Shown here in pieces: positions 8,856-18,020 of a stretch of DNA of 64,000 nt. The position numbers and the translations under genes are program-made. Under the pieces are notes generated by a model. The model ran no database searches. It saw only the letters and a list, made by a program, of their open reading frames with translations, and was not told the DNA's origin. This stretch comes from Demequina sp. (GTDB taxonomy: Bacteria > Actinomycetota > Actinomycetes > Actinomycetales > Demequinaceae): the NCBI RefSeq assembly GCF_047975725.1, contig NZ_JBKEED010000036.1, positions 62,790-126,789 on the forward strand, in the 5' to 3' direction. The stretch's first letter is position 1. Each line of letters opens with the position of its first letter.

Positions 8856-10325
8856 ATGACCCAGTCCCCCACCCGTACTGTCGCGCCCTCCACCGTGAGC
8901 CGCCGCGACGAGCTCGTGATCCGCGTGCTCATCGTGTCCGCGTTCACCGTGATCCTCAACGAGACGATCATGGGCGTCGCGATCCCCCACCTCAAGGAGG
9001 ATCTGGGCATCTCGACGGTGCTCGCGCAGTGGCTCACCGCGGCGTTCCTGCTGACGATGGCGATCATCATCCCCATCACGGGATTCCTACTGCAGCGCTT
9101 CCCCACCCGCCCGCTATACATCGTGGCGATGTCCGCGTTCGCGGCAGGCACCCTGCTGGCTGCGCTCGCGCCTGGCTTCGAGGTGCTGCTGGTCGCGCGC
9201 GTCATTCAGGCGTGCGGCACGGCGGTGATGCTGCCGCTGCTGATGACCACGGTCATCTCGATCGTTCCCGAGCACGAACGCGGCCGCCGCATGGGCACCA
9301 TCGGCATGGTCATCTCCGTCGCGCCCGCACTGGGTCCCACCATCTCCGGGCTGATCCTTGCGGTGCTGCCGTGGCAGTACCTGTTCCTGTTCGTGTTGCC
9401 GGTGGCGGCGACCGCACTGCTGTTCGGCATCCTCAAGATGCGCTCGACCAACGAGACCTCTCCCACGCGCATGGATGTGCTGTCGGTGGTGCTCGCGACC
9501 TTCGGGTTCGGCGGCATCGTCTTTGGGCTGTCGCAACTGGGCGAGTCTGCTGAGTCGGGTGCTGGGTCGGCGATCGTCGCGGTCGTCGTCGGCGTGATCG
9601 CACTCGTGCTGTTCGTGTGGCGCCAGGTGGTGCTGCAGCGTCGCGATGCCGCGCTGCTCGACTTGCGCGTGTTCCGCTCGCGCACGTTCGCGATCGCGTG
9701 CGCGATGTTCGTGGTGTGCATGATGGGCCTGTTCGGCGGCATCATCCTGCTGCCGCTGTTCACCCAGGACGTGCTCGGGCTGTCGGTGCTGGCCTCGGGC
9801 CTGATGCTGCTGCCCGGCGGCCTGACCATGGGTCTGCTCGCGACGCCCGTGGGCCGCGCCTACGACCGTGTCGGGCCGCGCCCGCTGCTGATCCCCGGCA
9901 CCGCGCTCGTGTCCGGCGCCATGTGGATCTTTGCCCTGTCACTGACCGCGACCACCCCGTGGTGGGTCGTGCTGGCCGCCCACGTGACGTTGAGCCTGGG
10001 CCTCGCGCTGGTGTTCACGCCGCTGTTCTCGGCCTCGCTCGGGTCGCTTCCCAAGCGCCTGTACTCGCACGGCTCTGCGATGGTGTCGACGCTTCAGCAG
10101 GTCGCCGCGGCCGCCGGAACGGCACTGTTCGTGTCGCTCATGACGGCTGTCACGCTGTCTCGCGTTGACGCGGGCGCAACCGAGGTGGTGGCCCAGGCGG
10201 CCGGCATCCGCATGGCGTTTACCGTGGGAGCGATCCTCGCCATGGGTGGAATCGTGCTCGCACTGTTCGTCCGTCGACCCGAGTCCTCAGAGGGTGGCGG
10301 CGAGTCGCCGGCGCTGGCGCACTAA
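8856..10325 (+). CDS. DHA2-family MFS efflux transporter (LmrB-like)
   Basis: ILNET, QWLT, ARVIQACG, APALGP; about 14 TM segments. Confidence 0.92.
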   Translation: MTQSPTRTVAPSTVSRRDELVIRVLIVSAFTVILNETIMGVAIPHLKEDLGISTVLAQWLTAAFLLTMAIIIPITGFLLQRFPTRPLYIVAMSAFAAGTLLAALAPGFEVLLVARVIQACGTAVMLPLLMTTVISIVPEHERGRRMGTIGMVISVAPALGPTISGLILAVLPWQYLFLFVLPVAATALLFGILKMRSTNETSPTRMDVLSVVLATFGFGGIVFGLSQLGESAESGAGSAIVAVVVGVIALVLFVWRQVVLQRRDAALLDLRVFRSRTFAIACAMFVVCMMGLFGGIILLPLFTQDVLGLSVLASGLMLLPGGLTMGLLATPVGRAYDRVGPRPLLIPGTALVSGAMWIFALSLTATTPWWVVLAAHVTLSLGLALVFTPLFSASLGSLPKRLYSHGSAMVSTLQQVAAAAGTALFVSLMTAVTLSRVDAGATEVVAQAAGIRMAFTVGAILAMGGIVLALFVRRPESSEGGGESPALAH

Positions 10326-10349
10326 CGTCCCGTCCCCTCCGTCACTTCA

Positions 10350-10375
10350 CCGTAAAAATGGATCCATTTTCATGG
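10350..10375. repeat. GGATCC-core palindrome between convergent genes
   Basis: Perfect 16-bp AAAATGGATCCATTTT (10355-10370); core shared with the 46765-46926 element. Confidence 0.65.
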
Positions 10376-10864
10376 AAAGGAGAAGCCGGTCGGGGTCGTC
10401 TCGGGGGTGAGGCCAGCCGCCAGGCGCGCCGCCATGTCGTCACTCATGGGCGGCAGCGCCTCCGTGTCGAACCACGTCGCCTCGAGATTCTCGCCGTCCG
10501 CGGGATGCGGCTCGCCGCTCACATAACGGAACCGGAACGTCAGGTCCAGGTACTGCGAGACGTCGCCGTTGGGGTACGTCACACGTCCCGTCACCCCCAC
10601 GCGCGCGAGCGACGTGGGCTCGGCCACCACGTCGGCCTCCTCGAGCACCTCGCGCGCGGCGGCGACCGCGGGCTCTTCGCCCGGGTCGACGATGCCCGTG
10701 ACGGGCGTCCACTCCCCCGTGTCCGCTCGCTTCACGAGCAGCACCTCTCGCCCGGCCGATGCGCCGGCCGGCTCTCGCACGACCACGGCCGTCACGCCGG
10801 GCAGCCACAGCAGCTCGTGGCCGATCTTCTCGCGCAAGGACAGGATGAAGTCGGGAGTCGCCAT
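10370..10864 (-). CDS. NUDIX hydrolase
   Basis: MATPDFILSLREKIGH start; Nudix box GIVDPGEEPAVAAAREVLEEA. Confidence 0.88.
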   Translation of the reverse strand: MATPDFILSLREKIGHELLWLPGVTAVVVREPAGASAGREVLLVKRADTGEWTPVTGIVDPGEEPAVAAAREVLEEADVVAEPTSLARVGVTGRVTYPNGDVSQYLDLTFRFRYVSGEPHPADGENLEATWFDTEALPPMSDDMAARLAAGLTPETTPTGFSFP

Positions 10865-10884
10865 GGCGCCCAGGCTAGCCGCCG

Positions 10885-11655
10885 CTACCCCGGGTGGACC
10901 GCCTCGGGCTCGATGCGCACCCAGTTGGGGTGCTTGGGGGTGCGACCGTCTCCCGACGAGCGCCCCGTGAGCCGCCTGCCAATCCACGGCAGCACGTACG
11001 TCGCGTAGTACCGCGCTTCGGCCCGCGTGCCTCGCGGCGCGGCCGTGGCCTCGCCCGCGAGAGGAAGCTCGGTCGGAACTCCGAGCGCGGTGAGCACTCG
11101 CGCCGCCACTCGGGCGTGCCCCAAGGGCCCGAGGTGCAGCCGGTCGGGCGACCAGTACGGCGCCTCTCGCAGTTCTTGGTCGGACCAGTTGTCCACCCAG
11201 GTGAGGTCGGGGTGGCGCTCGAGCAGGTCCGCGACAGCGTCGAGGTAGACCCTTCCGCGCTCGCTCATCGTCGCGCCGCGAGGCAGGCGCATCGACGGGT
11301 CGCCACCCGAGAGGACCACCAGGCGCACGCCTTCCTCGGCGCACCGCTCGATGCCGCGTTCGACGAACGCCATGATCTTCGATAGGTCGAACCCCGGCCG
11401 CATCATGTCGTTGCCGCCACCGTTGAAAGTGATGAGGGTCGGCTTGGGGTCGAGCGCCAGCGCGGCCTCGAGTTGGTCGCGCACAATGGGCTCGATCAGC
11501 CGGCCGCGGATCGCGAGGTTGGCGTAGTCCACGGGTTCGTCGAGCCCTGCCGCGAGGCCTGCGGCGACCAAATCCGCCCAGCCGCGTACCGCATCGGCCC
11601 CGATCTCGTCCCCGACTCCCTCGGTGAAGCTATCGCCAATTGCCACGTATCTCAC
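10885..11655 (-). CDS. SGNH/GDSL hydrolase
   Basis: GDSFTEG, NLAIRG, GGND, DRLH blocks. Confidence 0.92.
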   Translation of the reverse strand: MRYVAIGDSFTEGVGDEIGADAVRGWADLVAAGLAAGLDEPVDYANLAIRGRLIEPIVRDQLEAALALDPKPTLITFNGGGNDMMRPGFDLSKIMAFVERGIERCAEEGVRLVVLSGGDPSMRLPRGATMSERGRVYLDAVADLLERHPDLTWVDNWSDQELREAPYWSPDRLHLGPLGHARVAARVLTALGVPTELPLAGEATAAPRGTRAEARYYATYVLPWIGRRLTGRSSGDGRTPKHPNWVRIEPEAVHPG

Positions 11656-11706
11656 TCTTCAGGACCCTAGCGCGGGTTCTGCGCTGGTGCCGCCCACCCG
11701 CAGGAG

Positions 11707-11803
11707 CGACAGTCTCGAACATCGCGGCAACGACACGCCGTGCGAAAGTCCGCGCCGGCGGATCTCACTCCGCGTGTCGCGGCAAGGATGTTCGGAACTG
11801 TCG
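11707..11803. repeat. 97-bp imperfect intergenic palindrome
   Basis: CGACAGT/ACTGTCG, CGAACATC/GATGTTCG, CGACACGC/GCGTGTCG and TCCGC/GCGGA nested stems. Confidence 0.7.
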
Positions 11804-11872
11804 GGGCGACGCGGGGTGACGCGGGACGGTGGCCGCGTGCGGCGCCGGGCCGATGCGCTCGCACCCCGCGCT

Positions 11873-11902
11873 TTGACCGCACGGTTTACAACGTTGTACA
11901 GT
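11873..11902 (+). promoter_or_regulatory. SigA-type promoter with overlapping operator copy 2
   Basis: TTGACC-N18-TACAGT; perfect palindrome TACAACGTTGTA at 11887-11898. Confidence 0.7.
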
Positions 11903-11963
11903 CGCGGTCAGTCCCGCGCGCCAGCGCCATCCACTCCGTCCGACGACGCACAGGAGCCCTCCC

Positions 11964-13421
11964 GTGACCACCACCCGAGCCGCCGCTGCCATGGCAGTTG
12001 CCGCAGTCCTCACCCTGACCGCCTGCTCGAACGCGACCTCGCCGCTCGACGACCTCGCGACGCCCGAGTTCACCGAGGTCACGGTCCACGACCCCTCGGC
12101 TGTGACCGGCAATGACGAGCTATGGGTCTTTGGCTCCCATGCCGCCGTCGCCAAGACCACCGACCTCATGAACTGGACCCAGGTCTCGGACAGCGTCAAC
12201 ACCGCGGACCAAGCGGGACTGTTCGAGGACATTCGCGCCGAGCTTGCGGAGACCTTCGAGTGGGCACAGACGGACACGCTCTGGGCCGCGGACGTGATCG
12301 AACTTCCCGACGGGCGCTTTGCGATGTATTACAACGCATGCAAGGGCGATTCCGCCCGCTCGGCGATGGGCATCGCGATTGCCGACTCGGTCGACGGCCC
12401 GTACGAGGACCAGGGCATCATCCTCAAGTCCGGCATGTGGGACGAGGAGTCCGAGAACGAGGGCGAGATCTACGACGCCACCATCCACCCCAACGCCGTC
12501 GACCCCGACGCCTTCTACGACGCCAACGGCGACCTGTGGATGGTCTACGGCTCCTACTCTGGCGGCATCTTCGTGCTCGAACTCGACGAGCAGACGGGCG
12601 CTCCGGATCCCGGCCAGGGCTACGGCACCCGCGTGATGGGCGGCAACCACTCACGCATCGAGGGCCCGTCCATGCGCTACGACGAGACGACGGGCTACTA
12701 CTACCTGTTCGTCTCCTACGGCGGGCTCGACTCGTCCAACGGCTACGAGGTGCGCGTGTCACGCTCGACCGACCCCGCGGGCCCGTTCCTCGACGCCGAG
12801 GGCAACGACATGGCCCTCGCCCAGGGACCCGTGGGGTCGTTCTTCGACGACACGGCGATCGAGCCCTACGGCGTCAAGATCCTCGGCGGCCACGAGTGGG
12901 CGGACTCCTCCGGCACGGGCATCGATGCCGGCTACGTCTCGCCCGGCCACAACACCTGGTGGGACGACCCCGACACGGGCGAGTCGTACCTGATCTTTCA
13001 CTCGCGCTTTCACGGCACCGAGGAAATGCACTTTGTGCGCGCCCACCGCATGTACATGAACGTCGACGGCTGGCCAGTCCTCGCGCCCGCGCGCTACGCG
13101 GGAGAGGGCGAGCAAACCCCCAGCACGGCCGATGCGGTGGGCACCTGGCAGGTGGTCGAGTTCCAGAAGGTCATCTCTCCCCTGGTACCGCTGTCGGTGG
13201 AGGCCACCTTCGCCGAGGACGGCACCGTGTCGGGCGCCATCGAAGGTACGTGGGAGCTGTCCGCGGACGGCGCGCTCACGCTGACCACCGATGCCGGCAC
13301 GTTTGACGGCGTGATGGTCCCGGCCTGGGATCCCAATGCCGCCGCTTGGACGTGGGGGCTGAGCGTCGTGAGCGACCAAGGCCTGCCGCTGTGGGGCCAC
13401 CGCACCGGCAGCGAGGGATAG
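11964..13421 (+). CDS. GH43 endo-1,5-alpha-L-arabinanase-like lipoprotein
   Basis: Lipobox LTAC; VHDPS, WAADV, NAVDP, YGSYSGG, IEGP, SPGHN; C-terminal GH43_C-like domain. Confidence 0.88.
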   Translation: MTTTRAAAAMAVAAVLTLTACSNATSPLDDLATPEFTEVTVHDPSAVTGNDELWVFGSHAAVAKTTDLMNWTQVSDSVNTADQAGLFEDIRAELAETFEWAQTDTLWAADVIELPDGRFAMYYNACKGDSARSAMGIAIADSVDGPYEDQGIILKSGMWDEESENEGEIYDATIHPNAVDPDAFYDANGDLWMVYGSYSGGIFVLELDEQTGAPDPGQGYGTRVMGGNHSRIEGPSMRYDETTGYYYLFVSYGGLDSSNGYEVRVSRSTDPAGPFLDAEGNDMALAQGPVGSFFDDTAIEPYGVKILGGHEWADSSGTGIDAGYVSPGHNTWWDDPDTGESYLIFHSRFHGTEEMHFVRAHRMYMNVDGWPVLAPARYAGEGEQTPSTADAVGTWQVVEFQKVISPLVPLSVEATFAEDGTVSGAIEGTWELSADGALTLTTDAGTFDGVMVPAWDPNAAAWTWGLSVVSDQGLPLWGHRTGSEG

Positions 13422-13484
13422 GCGCTCGGCCAGCCCGCGCATCGGCCCTTTCGCAAGGCCTCGCGCCCGTGTGAGGATGGGGCC

Positions 13485-13964
13485 ATGCCGACTCTCTCCG
13501 ACTTCTCTGCCCAGTCGCTGAACGGCGAGGACCAAGACCTGTCCCAGTACGCGGGGCAGGTGGTGCTCGTCGTCAACACCGCCTCCAAGTGCGGCCTGAC
13601 GCCGCAGTTCGAGGGCCTCGAGGCGCTGTACGGGCAGTTCAAGGACGACGGGTTCATCGTCCTCGGTTTCCCCAGCAACCAGTTCAAGCAGGAACTGTCG
13701 GATGCGCAGGAGATCGGCGAGTTCTGCCAGCGCAACTACGGCGTGTCGTTCCCCATGTTCGCGACCATCGACGTCAACGGGCGCAAGGCCCACCCCGTCT
13801 TCCAGTGGCTGCGCTCGGAGTCTGGCGGCGCGCTCGGATCAGCGATCAAGTGGAACTTCACCAAGTTCCTGGTGGGGCGCGACGGCCACGTGATCGAGCG
13901 CTACGCGCCCACGGTCGAGCCGCCTGAGATCGCCGAAGCCATCCGCGCCGCGCTCGCTGCGTAG
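13485..13964 (+). CDS. Glutathione peroxidase family protein
   Basis: [24 protein letters not shown]. Confidence 0.95.
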   Translation: MPTLSDFSAQSLNGEDQDLSQYAGQVVLVVNTASKCGLTPQFEGLEALYGQFKDDGFIVLGFPSNQFKQELSDAQEIGEFCQRNYGVSFPMFATIDVNGRKAHPVFQWLRSESGGALGSAIKWNFTKFLVGRDGHVIERYAPTVEPPEIAEAIRAALAA

Positions 13965-13985
13965 GTCACGTGCCGCAGTTCTCGA

Positions 13986-14145
13986 GCGGACCTGAGTGCC
14001 TCGCAGGATGCACACGGGCACCGCAACCCGACCACCACGTCCTCGTAGGACGCTCAGGAACCTGACCTGCGTCTGAGCGCCCTAGCAGGAACACCACGGT
14101 CGGTTTCGCGCGCTCCCGCGCGTCCTGGCGGGCACTCACGTCCGC
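13986..14145 (+). repeat. 160-bp long-hairpin repeat, copy 1
   Basis: GCGGACCTGAGTGCC...GGCACTCACGTCCGC termini; homologous to 17763, 21175, 23046; contains the TGA stop of the adjacent regulator. Confidence 0.92.
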
Positions 14146-15059
14146 CGCGACGGCTCGTCGGCCGCGACCCCCAGGACGGAAGCGTCGAGTGCCACAAAGT
14201 CCGCCTCCTGGGTCGCAGCCCACGACCCGAGGATGGCCAGCGCATCGGCCGTCGGCGAGCCCACGGGCGCGGTGTACACGTTGAGCGTGAGGCCGGGCGA
14301 GCTGGCCAGCGGAAGCGACTCGTAGGTGAGGTCCAGGTCCCCCGCCACGGGGTGGTGCAGGCGCTTGAGGCCACTGCGATGCAGGGTGACGTCGCGCGAG
14401 GCCCAGTGGCGACGGAACTCCTCCGACCGGGTCGACAGCTCGCCCACGAGCGTCACCAGGCGCTTGTCGTGCGGATGACGGCCCGCCTCCATCTGGAGCA
14501 TCGCGACACCGTCGTGAGCCACCTGGTCATAGTCACGCCAGAACTGCCGCGCGGCCGGATCAAGGAACGTGAACTTGGTGGTGTTGACCGGCCGCTCGAC
14601 GGAGCCGTCGAACACGGGTGAGTACAGGGCCCTGCCCAGCAGGTTCGCGGCGACGATGTCGTGGCGACCGTTGCGCACCCACGCGGGGATACCAGGCATG
14701 CCGTCGAGGATGGTGCGCACCGACCATGGCACGGACACCTGTGTGCGCGGGGCCGATGCGCGGGCCGGCCCCGCTGCCCGGGCGAGGTCGAATAGGTGCT
14801 CTCGCTCCGCATCGTCCATCCGCAGTGCGCTGGCGAGCGCATCGAGCACGGAGTCGGAGGCGCCGGCCAAGTTGCCCCGCTCCAGTCGCACGTAATAGTC
14901 GACCGAGACGCCCGCGAGCATTGCCACCTCCTCGCGGCGCAGGCCCTTGACCCGCCGTCGCTCGCCACCGTATGCGGGCAGGCCCGCCTCCTCGGGGCTC
15001 ACGCGGGCGCGGCGGCTCGCCAGAAAGGCCTTGACCTCATCGGCGTTGCGAGGGCTCAT
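14136..15059 (-). CDS. XRE-HTH / MmyB-family transcriptional regulator
   Basis: FLASRRARV, GLRREEVAMLAGVSVDYYVRLERG, LVGELS, HHPVAGDL. Confidence 0.93.
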   Translation of the reverse strand: MSPRNADEVKAFLASRRARVSPEEAGLPAYGGERRRVKGLRREEVAMLAGVSVDYYVRLERGNLAGASDSVLDALASALRMDDAEREHLFDLARAAGPARASAPRTQVSVPWSVRTILDGMPGIPAWVRNGRHDIVAANLLGRALYSPVFDGSVERPVNTTKFTFLDPAARQFWRDYDQVAHDGVAMLQMEAGRHPHDKRLVTLVGELSTRSEEFRRHWASRDVTLHRSGLKRLHHPVAGDLDLTYESLPLASSPGLTLNVYTAPVGSPTADALAILGSWAATQEADFVALDASVLGVAADEPSRRT

Positions 15060-15481
15060 TGCTCCACCGTAGGCCCTGCGGGGTACTCATCCGCAGTGAG
15101 CAGGTCACCCCATTCGGACTCGGGAACGTCGGCGTCCGGTCCCGGGCTCTCCCACAGCGCGAGGTGGCACATGAACTGGTCAGCGGCGGCGCCGTGCCAG
15201 TGCCACTCGCCCGCCGGCGTGTACACAGTGTCGCCGGGCCGCAACGTGACAACCTCCTCGCCGCGCGACTGGACATAGCCCAGCCCTTCGGTGACGTGCA
15301 GGGTCTGGCCGACGGCATGGCGGTGCCACGCAGTGTGCGCGCCCGGGGTGAAGCGCACGAGGTTGAGCCGGGTGCGCGAAGGCTCCTCGCCCGTGTAATA
15401 GGCGTTGAAGTACACGTCGCCGGTGAACCACTCGGCTGGTCCCTTGACGGTGGGACCCTGGGGCTGCTTCTGGCTACTCAT
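15056..15481 (-). CDS. Cupin-domain protein
   Basis: FTPGAHTAWHRH, GQTL, HWHGA, MCHLA. Confidence 0.9.
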   Translation of the reverse strand: MSSQKQPQGPTVKGPAEWFTGDVYFNAYYTGEEPSRTRLNLVRFTPGAHTAWHRHAVGQTLHVTEGLGYVQSRGEEVVTLRPGDTVYTPAGEWHWHGAAADQFMCHLALWESPGPDADVPESEWGDLLTADEYPAGPTVEQ

Positions 15482-15483
15482 GA

Positions 15484-16587
<1,104 letters not shown>

Positions 16588-17640
16588 TTACAGACTGGGG
16601 TCGATCATGACCTTGAGGGCTTCACGGGCATCCATGGCCTGGTAGCCCTCGGGAATGGCATCAAAGCCGACCGTGCGGTCAAAGACCTTCCCGGGGTTGA
16701 TCTCGCCGGTGAGGACGTCTTGAATGGCGTCCTCCAGGTAGGCGCGGACGGGTGCCGGACCGCCCGCGAGACGGGCGTTCTTGCCAAAGAGCGAGCCGAA
16801 GCCCACGGGGGCAAGCTCGTACTGGGGCACTCCGACTCGGGAGATCACGCCGCCCGGCCGCACGACTCCGTAGGACTGCTCGTAGGCGGGCATGTGGCCC
16901 ACGGCCTCGAGCACGGCGTGCGAACCGAGTCCACCGGTGAGCTCGAGCACCTTCGCCACGCCCTCCTCGCCGCGTTCGGCGACCACGTGGGTCGCGCCGA
17001 ACTCACGGCCAAGGTCGGTGCGGGCCTGGTGGCGGCCCATGAGGATGATCTGCTCCGCGCCCATGCGCTTGGCCGCGAGAACCGCACCCAGCCCCACTGC
17101 GCCGTCGCCCACGACGGTGACGGACTGGCCGGGGGCCACCTGCGCCATGAAGGCGGCGTGGTAGCCGGTGAGGTACACGTCGGACAAGGTCAACAGTGAG
17201 GCGAGCAGGGACTCGTCGGCGGTGTCGGGGTTGACGCCGGGGACCTTGACGGCGGTGCCGTCGGCCTGCGGAATGCGCGCGAGTTCGGCCTGGAGTCCGG
17301 CGGTGCTGGGACCAAAGAAACCGCCATGCGGGCAGGCGGTGTGGAACCCGTCGCGGCAGATCTCACACGTGTTGTCGGAGTAGGCAAACGGGACGATGAC
17401 GAAGTCGCCGGGCTTCAACGTCCGCACCGCGTCGCCTACCTGCTCGATGACGCCGATGAGTTCGTGGCCCATCGCGTTGCCGCGCTCGCTCGCGTCCATC
17501 GAGTGGTACGGGTGCAGGTCGGAGCCGCAAATGCACGAGCGGGTGATCCGCACGATCGCATCGGTGGGCTGCTGGAGTGTCGGATCGGCAACAGTTTCGA
17601 CGCGGACATCGCCGGCGGCGTACATCAGGGTGGCCTTCAT
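16588..17640 (-). CDS. Zinc-dependent alcohol dehydrogenase family protein
   Basis: CICGSDL, GHE, GDGAVG; AAGGAG RBS before ATG 17640. Confidence 0.92.
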   Translation of the reverse strand: MKATLMYAAGDVRVETVADPTLQQPTDAIVRITRSCICGSDLHPYHSMDASERGNAMGHELIGVIEQVGDAVRTLKPGDFVIVPFAYSDNTCEICRDGFHTACPHGGFFGPSTAGLQAELARIPQADGTAVKVPGVNPDTADESLLASLLTLSDVYLTGYHAAFMAQVAPGQSVTVVGDGAVGLGAVLAAKRMGAEQIILMGRHQARTDLGREFGATHVVAERGEEGVAKVLELTGGLGSHAVLEAVGHMPAYEQSYGVVRPGGVISRVGVPQYELAPVGFGSLFGKNARLAGGPAPVRAYLEDAIQDVLTGEINPGKVFDRTVGFDAIPEGYQAMDAREALKVMIDPSL

Positions 17641-17713
17641 GGGGCTGCTCCTTGCAGTGGGGGTACCTCTCAAGAATGCCCACCTGCGCGGCCTCGCGGG
17701 AGTTCCGGCCAAA

Positions 17714-17734
17714 CCAGGTACTGCCAGTACCTGG
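17714..17734. promoter_or_regulatory. Perfect palindrome, candidate operator of the MmyB-family regulator
   Basis: CCAGGTACTG-C-CAGTACCTGG about 75 bp upstream of the operon's first gene. Confidence 0.6.
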
Positions 17735-17762
17735 GTAGGGCCCGTGCGCCGCGGCCCCCTCC

Positions 17763-17921
17763 GCGGACCTGAGCGCCTCGCAGGATGCGCGCAACCCGCG
17801 GAAAGCGACCACCACGTCCTTGCAGGGCGCTCAGAAACCGCACGTGAATCTGAGCGCCCCAGCAGGACACCATGGTCGGTTTCGCGCGGTCCCGTGTCTC
17901 CTGGAAGGCACTCACGTCCGC
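17763..17921 (+). repeat. 159-bp long-hairpin repeat, copy 2
   Basis: GCGGACCTGAGCGCC...GGCACTCACGTCCGC. Confidence 0.92.
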
Positions 17922-17926
17922 CGAAC

Positions 17927-17955
17927 TTGCCTCGTGATTTACATCGTTGTAGAGT
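17927..17955 (+). promoter_or_regulatory. SigA-type promoter with overlapping operator copy 3
   Basis: TTGCCT-N17-TAGAGT; TACATCGTTGTA at 17940-17951. Confidence 0.7.
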
Positions 17956-18020
17956 CCGATCCGAGTTCACCGGCGCACACACGGTCGCTCGCCTCTGTCC
18001 AACGATGAACAGGAGTACAC

